The position numbers and the translations under genes are program-made. The notes beneath the pieces were generated by a model. The model saw nothing but the letters and a program-made list of their open reading frames with translations. It had not been told where the DNA came from and made no database searches. DNA of 64,000 bases, taken from an uncultured delta proteobacterium (GTDB lineage: Bacteria > Desulfobacterota > Desulfomonilia > UBA1062). Positions 17,915-27,474 of this stretch are shown in pieces. Location: positions 49,454 through 113,453 of the forward strand of contig CAWCTR010000022.1 of the NCBI GenBank assembly GCA_963798485.1, read 5' to 3'. Position 1 is the first letter of the stretch, and every line of letters begins with the position of its first letter.

Positions 17915-18238
17915 TCAAGACTTTTTCTTTTTGAACACTACGATGGTATCTCCGGATCTCACCAGGTTCAACTCCTTTACGATCACATGCTCGATGTATG
18001 CCATATTGTCTTTGAGCATGGTGGCTTCCCGCGTCAGCGAAGCATTTTCCGTTTCGAGCGCGGCAGTGCGGCTTTTCAGCGTAGTAAGCTCGCGATGGAG
18101 TTGATAACCTCGAATGATCCCTTTTTCGCCTGGAAGAGTGAACACGAGCAGTAACGCAATAACCAAGATCAAACCAAAGGTTAAGGAATGCGTAACTGTC
18201 ATTGCGTGTATCATACTCCATTTGTAATGGGATCGCAT
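17915..18238 (-). CDS. ftsB: septum formation initiator FtsB/DivIC-like protein
   Basis: 107 aa with a single TM and then a leucine-zipper-like coiled coil (LHRELTTLKSRTAALETENASLTREATMLKDN), ending in IVVF. The other-frame ORF 17889-18263 was judged spurious. Confidence 0.6.
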   Translation of the reverse strand: MRSHYKWSMIHAMTVTHSLTFGLILVIALLLVFTLPGEKGIIRGYQLHRELTTLKSRTAALETENASLTREATMLKDNMAYIEHVIVKELNLVRSGDTIVVFKKKKS

Positions 18239-18391
18239 TAAAAATCAGTTCTTCCCTAAGCATAGCCTATCTATCGGGAAGGGGAAAGTGAATCTTTAGG
18301 AAAATATCAAATTGGTAACAGGAGTTGTCAAAGACACAGGAATTTGGCTTATAGGGTTACGATCTCGTAATGAGAGTTCCCATTGTGGAGA

Positions 18392-19045
18392 TCATCGTGA
18401 GAACCGGTAATGTATCCCTGTGGCCAAACCCAGAAGAAAGCCGCCGATATGGGAAAACCATGCCACCGAACTCTGAGAGTTCATACTTATGTATCCATTC
18501 ACACCCTGGATGAAAAACCAGATGAGGATGAAGATGATGGAAGGGACCTCGATGACCTCAAGCAGCAGGATCAATGGGATCAAGGTAAGGATACGCCCCT
18601 TGGGGTTGAGGATGAGATAGGCCCCCATAACGGCTGCAATGGCGCCCGACGCGCCCACTACCGGGACGGATGACTGGGGGTTTATTAAGGTGTGAGCATA
18701 GAAGGCGGCAAAGATTGCTACAAGATAGAAGAGTATGAAGCGAATTACCCCAAGATTTTTTTCCAAGGGAGGGCCGAAGACTGATAAGAAGATGAGATTG
18801 CCGAGGAGATGGATGTAGCCCGAATGGATGAACCCCGAGGCAAGAATGGCCGTGTGTATCTTCAAAAAACTGGTATTGCCTACGATGAGGTATCCGGTAA
18901 TGTCGGCAGGGCTTACACGAAACATATGAAATATCTGTTCGCCGAGCCTGATCTCCTCAATGAACATAGCTAGGTTCAAGATTATAAGGCAGGCGGTAGC
19001 TGGGGCAAAACCCCTAGGGGCGCTTGTGTCCCGGACGGGGATCAT
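18392..19045 (-). CDS. rhomboid-family intramembrane serine protease
   Basis: Multi-TM protein with the catalytic GASGAIAAVMGAY motif and a histidine in AWFSHIGGFLLG. ATG 19045 is preferred because the tracked GTG 19180 would overlap the divergent gene. Confidence 0.8.
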   Translation of the reverse strand: MIPVRDTSAPRGFAPATACLIILNLAMFIEEIRLGEQIFHMFRVSPADITGYLIVGNTSFLKIHTAILASGFIHSGYIHLLGNLIFLSVFGPPLEKNLGVIRFILFYLVAIFAAFYAHTLINPQSSVPVVGASGAIAAVMGAYLILNPKGRILTLIPLILLLEVIEVPSIIFILIWFFIQGVNGYISMNSQSSVAWFSHIGGFLLGLATGIHYRFSR

Positions 19046-19158
19046 GGGTGAGGCTTTATCATGAAAAGATCCATAGGGCAAGATGGTCGAAGTGAAGAGA
19101 TATTCATGTAAAGCCCTATCTTGCCGCTTCAGTACTTTATGATATATAGGGACTTGCC

Positions 19159-19377
19159 ATGAGACAATTCGGGACCCCACTTATCTTTGCCGGCATCATA
19201 GCGATCCTTCTGGGCATCTTCTTTAGTATGGGAGGCGGCTTATCCTGGCTGGGAAGGCTGCCCGGCGATATCAGGATCGCTAGGCCGGGCTTCAACCTCT
19301 ATTTTCCCATCACAACGTCCATATTCATAAGCATCATAGTCAGCCTGGCACTGTACCTTATCAGGCATTTCAGGTGA
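19159..19377 (+). CDS. DUF2905-family small membrane protein
   Basis: 72 aa with LGRLPGDIRI...YFPITTSIFISII, typical of DUF2905. Confidence 0.7.
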   Translation: MRQFGTPLIFAGIIAILLGIFFSMGGGLSWLGRLPGDIRIARPGFNLYFPITTSIFISIIVSLALYLIRHFR

Positions 19378-20645
19378 GTGACGTGTCTCTAGACAATTTC
19401 ATAGCATGGTTTGTCCGCATGAGTTCAAAGGCCTGCTTTAGCTTTGATGCAGGGAGGAGTGCATTTATTCCTATAGCACCTTCTCAACCGATTCATCTCT
19501 ACATTCACATCCCCTTCTGTGTGCAGCTCTGCCCGTACTGCTCATTCCACCGGTTTTCTTTTGAAGAGGGTGCGGCCCGGGAATACTTTCTGGCATTGAG
19601 ACAGGAGTTGCAGCTCTATGCCAATAAGGGTTTTCGTTTCTCATCGGTCTATATCGGGGGCGGCACCCCGACGGTCCTCATGGATGAGCTTTTTATAACC
19701 ATCGGGCTCATCAATACCCTGTTTTCGCCCTCAGAGATCTCTGTGGAGACAAACCCGGACCGCTTGGATAAAGGGCTCCTGGCTTCTCTTGCCGATGCAG
19801 GGGTGAGAAGGGTATCGGTGGGCATCCAGAGCTTTTCCGACGATATCCTGAAGGCCATCGGGAGATATGAAAAGTACGGCAGCGGTCAGGAACTGGCCCA
19901 CAAGGTCGCAGAGGCAATAGGTTTTGTAGAAACATTGAATGTGGATATGATATACAACTTCCCCATCCAGGACTCCTCCATGCTCGAACATGACCTCAAG
20001 ACTCTTCTGAAGATTCTTCCGGACCAGGTCACCTTCTATCCCCTTATGATATCTCAGGCCACCCGCACTCAGATGGAAGGCATCATGGGCAGCGTCAGCC
20101 CTGAGATGGGGAGGTCTTTTTATGCCATGATTACCTCGGCCCTTGAATCCGTCTATACACCGAATTCAGCGTGGTGCTTTTCCCGGGGCGGGGCGCCCAT
20201 GATCGACGAATACGTGGTCGGCGGTCAGGAGTACGCAGGCGCCGGGAGCGGTGCCTTTGGCCTGGTGAATGGGGTGATGTATGCGAATACCTTTTCACTT
20301 GGGGAGTACGTGAAATCGATAAAATCCGGTAGCCTGCCCATCAAACACGCCAAGGTCTTCTCGCGCCATGAAATGGCCCGCTACTATCTTCTCATGACCC
20401 TTTTCGGACTCAAGCTTGACCTTGATTTATTCAGACAACGTTTCGACCATTCCGTGTGGAGGCTGCTCGGGCCGGAGATACTCTTTTTTATTCTGGCCGG
20501 GGCCCTTCGCATAACCAAAGGACAGATAAGCCTGACCAAGCGAGGGCGCTATTACTGGGTCATTATGATGAGAGAGTTCTTTACCGGTGTGGACAATTTT
20601 CGTGATGCAAGCAGGGAGGCCGCCACCCTCTGGCCAGTCACCTGA
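19374..20645 (+). CDS. radical SAM protein, HemN/coproporphyrinogen III oxidase-like family
   Basis: CxxxCxxC motif (CVQLCPYCSF), then YIGGGTPTVL. 423 aa. Confidence 0.8.
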   Translation: MSDVSLDNFIAWFVRMSSKACFSFDAGRSAFIPIAPSQPIHLYIHIPFCVQLCPYCSFHRFSFEEGAAREYFLALRQELQLYANKGFRFSSVYIGGGTPTVLMDELFITIGLINTLFSPSEISVETNPDRLDKGLLASLADAGVRRVSVGIQSFSDDILKAIGRYEKYGSGQELAHKVAEAIGFVETLNVDMIYNFPIQDSSMLEHDLKTLLKILPDQVTFYPLMISQATRTQMEGIMGSVSPEMGRSFYAMITSALESVYTPNSAWCFSRGGAPMIDEYVVGGQEYAGAGSGAFGLVNGVMYANTFSLGEYVKSIKSGSLPIKHAKVFSRHEMARYYLLMTLFGLKLDLDLFRQRFDHSVWRLLGPEILFFILAGALRITKGQISLTKRGRYYWVIMMREFFTGVDNFRDASREAATLWPVT

Positions 20646-20657
20646 AGTCAAAAGTCA

Positions 20658-22004
20658 TTAAGCCGACTCGCTGTCGAGCTTCTCGATGAGAAAATCTATC
20701 TCCCGCTTCACCTTCAGGTTCTGTGTGTACTGGGCCTCAATGGTCTCTAAAGAATGGATGACCGAGGAGTGCTTCCGGGAGAAGGCCTCGCCAATGATCT
20801 GCAGCGGCTCCTCGGTATAACGTCTGCACAGGAAGATAGCCACCTGGCGTGGATATACGATGTCCTTCTTCCGTGAAGGCGAGACAATCTTGTCTTTGGG
20901 TATGGAAAAATTCTTCGAGATGAAATCAAGGATATAGGGGATGTTTATCCGATGCTGCTTTTCCAGCGTCCCCTCTAGGAGCTCACGGGCGAGCTCCAGG
21001 GTGATCGTACGCTTCATGAGCGAGCTCATGGCGGAAATGGTCATGACCGCACTCTCCAAGTCCCTGATGCTGGTATGGATGGTATTGCTCATGAACTCCA
21101 CCACCTCTTCAGGCATGCTTACTCCGTTCTTTTTTGCCTTGTGGCGGACAATCTTGGCCCTCGTTGCCTTATCAGGGCGCTTGATATCGATAACGAGCCC
21201 CGAAGATAACCGTGACCTGAGTCCCTTGTCGATCTGGGGTATTGAGGTAGGGGGACGGAAGCCCGAGAGGATCACCTGCTTGCCTGCACTGATGAGGTCG
21301 TCAAGCACATGGCACAATTCAACCTGGGTCTTTTCCTTATTCTTGAAGAGGTGGACATCATCGATGAAAAAGATATCCATGTTCTGGCTGCGGTATGAGC
21401 TCTTGAAGGAGCTGAGAAAATTGTTTCTCACCGAGTGGACATAATCCTGCGTAAAGTCCCTGGCTGTCGTGTACCGCACACTGGTCCCATTGCGTAATGA
21501 AACGAACTTGTTGCCTATGGCATGGGAGATGTGGCTCTTGCCGAGACCCACATCGGAATAAAAGTACAAGGGGTTATACCGGCGCAGATCCCCTTCTGAG
21601 ACCGCAAGTGCCGCCTCATAGGCAAAGGCGTTGCATTTGCCCACTACAAACTCGTCAAAGGTGAATTGGGCATTGAGTCCGGATGAGGCCGGGGTCGGAA
21701 GATGTGATGGCAGGCTCATCTGAATGGGACGGCCATCAACCTGTACCGGCCTCAGTTCCTGATGCTCGCTTAGAGGATTTACGCAGAACTCGACGTCTGC
21801 CGGTCTGCCGAGGTGAGACCTGACAGATGATATGATAAGGTCCTTGTAAACCCGAGAGAGGTGCCTCTGGGCAAAGACATTGGGACAGCGTACAAAGACA
21901 GTGCCATCCTCTTCACAGATATCGATCTGGTCTATGAGCGCCCTGTCCGATGCGGCATGCGACATTGAGAGTATAGATTCTTTAATAATTGCAAAATGAT
22001 CCAC
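20658..22004 (-). CDS. dnaA: chromosomal replication initiator DnaA (divergent)
   Basis: 448 aa with a GTG start. AAA+ core (VGLGKSHISHAIG, FFIDDVHLF, LRSRLSSGLVIDIKRPDKATR). Domain IV reads YPRQVAIFLCRRYT...SRKHSSVIHS. Confidence 0.85.
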   Translation of the reverse strand: MDHFAIIKESILSMSHAASDRALIDQIDICEEDGTVFVRCPNVFAQRHLSRVYKDLIISSVRSHLGRPADVEFCVNPLSEHQELRPVQVDGRPIQMSLPSHLPTPASSGLNAQFTFDEFVVGKCNAFAYEAALAVSEGDLRRYNPLYFYSDVGLGKSHISHAIGNKFVSLRNGTSVRYTTARDFTQDYVHSVRNNFLSSFKSSYRSQNMDIFFIDDVHLFKNKEKTQVELCHVLDDLISAGKQVILSGFRPPTSIPQIDKGLRSRLSSGLVIDIKRPDKATRAKIVRHKAKKNGVSMPEEVVEFMSNTIHTSIRDLESAVMTISAMSSLMKRTITLELARELLEGTLEKQHRINIPYILDFISKNFSIPKDKIVSPSRKKDIVYPRQVAIFLCRRYTEEPLQIIGEAFSRKHSSVIHSLETIEAQYTQNLKVKREIDFLIEKLDSESA

Positions 22005-22262
22005 AAAAACCCCCCAGAGAGAGAAAATTCATAATGAACGGGTGACATAATGGGTCGAGTGAAAAAAAAGGTCAAAGGTGAAACACCCCGGTTATAGGTA
22101 GAGCGTGTTCATTTTGCGTAAATGAAAATAACGATAGTAATATTAATAAGATATATGGAAGATTACGACATTCAGGGCATCTGGTGGCACCCGTTCAGGA
22201 CTCTGGTCGCACCTGGTTCCGGAAGTCTTATCTACATTTTGTAGAAAACTGATGAGCTCCGA

Positions 22263-23696
22263 TTATCTTGATCTTTCTTTGAAAATTTTGAGATTACGAT
22301 AGATGAGTGAATACTGCCCGGCAGGTTTTGCCCAGCTCACATCCTGTTCCATTGCATTGCTTATCATAGCATTAAGCAGGTCCCTCTCATCTTTAAAGAT
22401 TCTGCATCCCTGTGAGACCGCATCGAGCAGCGCCTCCGTGCTGGGATAGGTTACCCGCAGTCCGTTGGGTTTATCCCCTTCGCCAAGGGCAGTGACCGTA
22501 TCCCGTAAGCCCCCTACACCGGTGACAATGGGGATGGTGCCATAGCGCATGCTGATCAGCTGGTTAAGCCCGCACGGTTCGAACCGGGAAGGCATGAGGA
22601 AAAAATCGGATCCCGCCTCTATGGCATGGGCCTTTGCCTCATCGAACCCTATGAAGATGCCGACCTGTCCGCCGAGTTCTTGGTGGAGTTCCTTGAGCCT
22701 GCGTTCAAAGGCAGGGTTCCCGTTTCCGAGGATGACTATCTTGGCGCCCATGGCCGCTATCTTCGGGATGGCATCCAGTACGCAGTCGATGCCCTTCTGC
22801 TCAACGAGGCGGCTGATGAGCCCGAATACGGGGGCGTCACCACGCGCCAAGGAAAACATCTCCAGCAGTGCCCTCTTGCACTTGGCCTTGCCCGTCAAGT
22901 CCCTAGCGGAATACCCTGAAGCGATGAGGCTGTCTTCAGCCGGGTTCCAGGTATTGATATCTATACCGTTGGCAATACCGGTGAGCTTAAATGATATGGC
23001 CTTGAGGAGCCCATCGAGGCCGCTTCCGAACTCGCTTGTCTGGATCTCTTGGGCATAGGTGGGACTCACGGTGTTCACTGCATCGGCAAATACAAGCCCC
23101 GCCTTCATGATGTTTATCCTTCCATAATATTCCATGACATCAGGCTGGAATAACTCGTGAGGCAGGAAGAGCATCGACCAGAGTATGGCATCGAACAGAC
23201 CCTGGTAGGCGAGGTTATGGATGGTGAACAGGCTGCCGACTTTCTCGATGCCTGCGTCTTTCATGTAGGCCAGGACCAGCGCTGTCTGCCAGTCATTGCA
23301 GTGGACGATATCCACATCACCCATGAGCCTGATCATCTCCACACATGCCCGCGAGAAGAAGGCGAAGCGCTCGAGGTTATCGGGGTAATCGTAGCCCGCA
23401 AAGGAATACAGGCCAGTCCTGTCAGAGAACAGCGGATGCGCGATAAAGTAGGTCGTGCCGTGCGAGAAGATCTTCGCTTCCGAAATCCCGGTTCCGGTGA
23501 GGACCGCTATATCGCCATGGGGCTTCAGTGCGAGTCCCATGTTCATGACCTCGCGGTACAGCGGCATCACTACGGAACAATCAATGCCCTGCCGGTTGAG
23601 CTCGGCAGGCAGGGCCGCGCTTACATCCGCCAGTCCCCCGGTCTTTGCATACCCAGTGACCTCGGATGAACATACCAATACCTTCATTTGAGCCAT
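22263..23696 (-). CDS. glgA: glycogen synthase
   Basis: 477 aa with KVLVCSSEVTGYAKTGGLADV and the C-terminal GT-B motifs (PSRFEPCGLNQL). Confidence 0.9.
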   Translation of the reverse strand: MAQMKVLVCSSEVTGYAKTGGLADVSAALPAELNRQGIDCSVVMPLYREVMNMGLALKPHGDIAVLTGTGISEAKIFSHGTTYFIAHPLFSDRTGLYSFAGYDYPDNLERFAFFSRACVEMIRLMGDVDIVHCNDWQTALVLAYMKDAGIEKVGSLFTIHNLAYQGLFDAILWSMLFLPHELFQPDVMEYYGRINIMKAGLVFADAVNTVSPTYAQEIQTSEFGSGLDGLLKAISFKLTGIANGIDINTWNPAEDSLIASGYSARDLTGKAKCKRALLEMFSLARGDAPVFGLISRLVEQKGIDCVLDAIPKIAAMGAKIVILGNGNPAFERRLKELHQELGGQVGIFIGFDEAKAHAIEAGSDFFLMPSRFEPCGLNQLISMRYGTIPIVTGVGGLRDTVTALGEGDKPNGLRVTYPSTEALLDAVSQGCRIFKDERDLLNAMISNAMEQDVSWAKPAGQYSLIYRNLKIFKERSR

Positions 23697-23837
23697 ATTT
23701 TATACCATACACTAAGAATGGTCAGACAGTAAAGACAAGGGAGTTACAAAAGCCGGTGAAGAACAGATAAGCAAGAAGACAAATGATTTCTGAACGCAAG
23801 GTTTACTTTTAGCATGCTATCGGGTTAAGCTGAATTC

Positions 23838-24431
23838 ATGACCAGGGAGGATTTCGAAATCACGCTTAAGGAGTTCGAGTCGCAGATCAAGAAGAAGCTC
23901 CCCTCCATGATCAACAGCTACCTCATGAATCGAGGGAACCGTGAGTTTGAGACGGCCTTCATCCATCTCTTGGAGACCTTGGGCAGACAGAGGAAGACCC
24001 TCCTGAAGGACCTTACCAAGGTGGCCAGGCTCGAACAGAAGACCCGGTACTTCAATGCCGCCAATAATATGGATTCCCAGCTCAGGAGCATGGGAAACAG
24101 AGAGGCCTTGAAACAACAGACAAAATTACGGAAACATCGCGTCCATGCACCGCTTATCTATGACCTCGGGGCAGGCCCTGTTGAGGGTGACCTCCTGAAC
24201 GCCGATGATTTGGGCGTCCTGCTGGAGACAACGGAAAAGGTGTCCATCGACCATGAGGTGAGGATAACCCTCTCAGGGAAGAAGGCGCACGGCAAGGCCA
24301 TGTGGTCCATCCCTGATGAAAAAGGCCGCATGGAGACGGGGGTTAAACTCCTCAATGCATCTGATGATTTCATGGAAGAAATCAAGAAGATTATCAGGAA
24401 GCCTGCAAAAAAAGCAGAGAAATCCTCATGA
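23838..24431 (+). CDS. hypothetical protein (197 aa)
   Basis: Coiled-coil-like N-terminal half and a Lys-rich tail. No motif recognised. Confidence 0.5.
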   Translation: MTREDFEITLKEFESQIKKKLPSMINSYLMNRGNREFETAFIHLLETLGRQRKTLLKDLTKVARLEQKTRYFNAANNMDSQLRSMGNREALKQQTKLRKHRVHAPLIYDLGAGPVEGDLLNADDLGVLLETTEKVSIDHEVRITLSGKKAHGKAMWSIPDEKGRMETGVKLLNASDDFMEEIKKIIRKPAKKAEKSS

Positions 24432-24469
24432 TTGACACCCATACGGGTGCATAGTATTCCTTTAAGGAT

Positions 24470-25675
24470 ATGAGATTCGCCATCCTCACCTTAGGATGCA
24501 AGGTCAACCAATATGAAAGCCAGCGGATCAGGCAGGGGCTTGTAACGGCAGGCCACATCGAGCAGGCCTTTACCGAACCCGACGCTGACTGTTACATCAT
24601 CAATACCTGTACCATCACCCATAAGTCCGATGCCGAAACGCGCAGGGTAATCCGCAGGGCGTTGAAACTAGGCGGCAGGGTAATCGTAACAGGCTGCCAG
24701 GTTGTTGTAGATTCCAAAGGTATCAGGGATGTCTCCGAGGCTATTGAGATTGCCAGGCCGGATCATCTCTCCGAGATACTCCAGGTAGACCTGCCATCCA
24801 TCATCACCGGCTTCGGCGATCACCACAGGGCCTTTGTGAAGGTCCAACAGGGATGTAACAAGTATTGCGCGTACTGTATCGTGCCTTTTGCCAGGGGAGG
24901 GCCTGTAAGCAGGCCTTGGCAGGAGGTCGTCACCGAGGTGAGGACCCTTTACGACGCACGCTATCAAGAGGTGGTGCTTACCGGGATCAATATCGGTCTT
25001 TATGAGGGGGGGCTAACTCGACTTGTGGAAAGGGTGCTTTTCCATACTTCAATCCCAAGGTTGAGGATAAGCTCCATTGAACCGTGGACCGTTGAAGACG
25101 GCCTTATCTCTATAATCAAGGACGACCCCAGGCTATGCAAACATTTTCACCTGCCGCTGCAGCACGGAAGCGATTCCATTCTTCGCGCCATGGGCAGGCC
25201 GTATACGGCCTCATACTTCCGCTCACTCATAGACCGGATCAGGAATGCCGCACCTGAGGCCGCAATAGGCCTGGACGTCATCGTGGGTTTCCCGGGCGAG
25301 GATGACAAGTCCTTTGAGGAATCCTACAGCCTTATCGAAGACCTTTCTGTTACCTACCTCCATGTCTTCCCCTTCTCGCCAAGGCAAGGCACTGCCGCCG
25401 CCCTCCTGCCCGGACGTCCGGGAGATGCGGTTACCAAGCAGAGGTCTTCCCTCTTAAGGGCGTTGTCCAGGGAAAAGAGGCATGCCTTTGCCTGTTCACG
25501 GCAGGGCATGGTTGAGGAGGTGCTTGTCACCGGGATTTGTGAAGGGCATTTTTATGGGGTTACCTCGAATTATCTTAACGTTCAGGCCAAGGGAAGCGTA
25601 CCGGCGGGAAATATTGTGAGCGTACTCCTTAAAAGTATGGAGGGACAGACCCTTACAGGAGAGCTCCTTGGATAA
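24470..25675 (+). CDS. mtaB: tRNA methylthiotransferase, MiaB-like (MtaB type)
   Basis: N-terminal UPF0004 domain (LTLGCKVNQYES), radical SAM motif CNKYCAYC, and no obvious TRAM-rich tail. 401 aa. Confidence 0.8.
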   Translation: MRFAILTLGCKVNQYESQRIRQGLVTAGHIEQAFTEPDADCYIINTCTITHKSDAETRRVIRRALKLGGRVIVTGCQVVVDSKGIRDVSEAIEIARPDHLSEILQVDLPSIITGFGDHHRAFVKVQQGCNKYCAYCIVPFARGGPVSRPWQEVVTEVRTLYDARYQEVVLTGINIGLYEGGLTRLVERVLFHTSIPRLRISSIEPWTVEDGLISIIKDDPRLCKHFHLPLQHGSDSILRAMGRPYTASYFRSLIDRIRNAAPEAAIGLDVIVGFPGEDDKSFEESYSLIEDLSVTYLHVFPFSPRQGTAAALLPGRPGDAVTKQRSSLLRALSREKRHAFACSRQGMVEEVLVTGICEGHFYGVTSNYLNVQAKGSVPAGNIVSVLLKSMEGQTLTGELLG

Positions 25676-27395
25676 CAGCACCATCATTGATGCCTTGCTT
25701 GAGATGGCTTTTGCCCTTGAGTTCCTGGACGATAACCCTTTCAAGGCAAAGGCGTATGAGAGGGCTGCACGATCCATCTCCGGAATTGCCACACCCATCG
25801 AAGATCTCATCGACACCGGTGGGATAAGCCATATAGAGGGAATCGGAAAGGCCATTGCAGCAACGCTTACGGCCTGGGTGAAGGATCATGATTTTTCTAC
25901 GCTAAAAGATCTGCAAGCCAGACTGCCGAGTGGGTTCGAAGAATTGATAAAGGTACCGGGGCTGGGGATGAAGAGGTTGAAGGTGTTGTTTAAAGAGCTT
26001 AACATCTCTACACTCGATGAGCTTCTTAACGCAATAAACACCGGCAGGCTTTCATCCGTGAAGGGTTTCTCCGATAAAAGCATTGCCAAACTCAGGGGCT
26101 CCGTGCAGGCTATCCTCGATTACCGGGGATGGTTTCTGCTTGATACCGGATGCGACTGGGCGGCAACCTTTGTTTCACGCTTAAAGGATTGCGGACTGAA
26201 TGTGCATCTCAGCGGTGTCTGCCGCAGGTCCATGGAGATTATCCCTGCAATCGACCTCCTCGTGGAAGATGGCCCCGGCATGCATGACGCACTTGTCCAA
26301 GGCATTACCTCGATGCCTGATATGCAGATTGCACACGATGGGACAATACTTGTGGCGACATGCCCCGGCAAGCCCCCTGCCAGGATACACACCGTATCTC
26401 AGGGGTTCGTTGTGCCTGCATTGTTTATCACGACCGGCTCACAGGCCCATGTGGACCTGGTGAACGGGTATGGGGCTCTCCGATCCGTCCGGGTCAGTCA
26501 AGAAGGGGTTTATAAAGACGGGGTGCGTGTGCCTGTCAAAGATGAGGCGGAGATCTATGATCTGTTTGGCATGCGCTACCTCCCACCCGAGGTCAGGGAG
26601 GGCAGGCCGATCGAAATGGACCTGGCCTTAAGCGGAAAGGTGCCTGAGTTTATAACACAAGAAGACCTTAAAGGTCTCATCCATGTCCATTCCACCTATA
26701 GCGACGGAAAGGCAACGCTGGCCGACATGGTGCAGGGTGCCCATGAGCGCGGTTATTCATGGATCGGCATCTCTGATCACAGCAAGAGCGCCTATTATGC
26801 GCTCGGATTGAGCGTGAAGGACCTGAGGCGGCAGTTCGAGGAAATCGATGAGCTCTCTCAGATATTCCCTGGTGTTACGATCTTCAAGGGGATCGAATCC
26901 GACATCCTGCCCGACGGCTCGCTGGATTATCCTCAAAGCGTGCTCAAGCAGTTCGATTTTGTCATTGCAAGCATCCATTCCCACATGGATATGGACAGGG
27001 CATCCATGACCGAGCGGATCATAAAGGCCATAGCCAATCCCTTCACCACCATACTCGGCCACCCCACAGGCCGGGTGCTGCTTGCACGCAGGCCCTATGA
27101 GGTGGACATGGAGGCGGTGCTGGCAGAGGCGGTAGGTTGTGGTGTCATGGTGGAGCTCAACGCCAACCCATTGAGGCTCGATCTGGACTGGCGTCTTATG
27201 CCGGGCTTCACATCAAAAGGCGGGCGTGTTGTCATAGCGCCTGATGCCCACAGCGTTTCCGGGCTTGACGATATGCGTTACGGCCTGGCCATTGCCAGGA
27301 AAGGCCTGCTCTTAAAAGACTCTTGCATGAATGCATTCAGTGCCCGGGAAGCGAGGGAGGCGTTTAAGACCAAAAAGGAAAATTCCCGCGAATGA
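25668..27395 (+). CDS. polX: family X DNA polymerase / PHP phosphoesterase (PolX)
   Basis: 575 aa. N-terminal 8-kDa/HhH region (GIGKAIAATL, VPGLGMKRLKVL), a palm-like GVCRRSMEIIPAIDLLV, and a C-terminal PHP domain (HVHSTYSDG). Confidence 0.85.
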   Translation: MDNSTIIDALLEMAFALEFLDDNPFKAKAYERAARSISGIATPIEDLIDTGGISHIEGIGKAIAATLTAWVKDHDFSTLKDLQARLPSGFEELIKVPGLGMKRLKVLFKELNISTLDELLNAINTGRLSSVKGFSDKSIAKLRGSVQAILDYRGWFLLDTGCDWAATFVSRLKDCGLNVHLSGVCRRSMEIIPAIDLLVEDGPGMHDALVQGITSMPDMQIAHDGTILVATCPGKPPARIHTVSQGFVVPALFITTGSQAHVDLVNGYGALRSVRVSQEGVYKDGVRVPVKDEAEIYDLFGMRYLPPEVREGRPIEMDLALSGKVPEFITQEDLKGLIHVHSTYSDGKATLADMVQGAHERGYSWIGISDHSKSAYYALGLSVKDLRRQFEEIDELSQIFPGVTIFKGIESDILPDGSLDYPQSVLKQFDFVIASIHSHMDMDRASMTERIIKAIANPFTTILGHPTGRVLLARRPYEVDMEAVLAEAVGCGVMVELNANPLRLDLDWRLMPGFTSKGGRVVIAPDAHSVSGLDDMRYGLAIARKGLLLKDSCMNAFSAREAREAFKTKKENSRE

Positions 27396-27474
27396 TGCTT
27401 TAAAGCCACGTCCCGCCCTGTATAACCCTTTTGTGTATTGACTAATACCACCTTCGGTCTTAATCTAATGCGTT

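Noticed and set aside
22005-22262. oriC call for the dnaA upstream spacer
   Set aside because: Only two 8/9 DnaA-box-like 9-mers and one short AT-rich stretch are visible in 258 bp. There is no box cluster, DUE repeat set or dnaN linkage. It is kept as a question under the dnaA finding rather than annotated as an origin.
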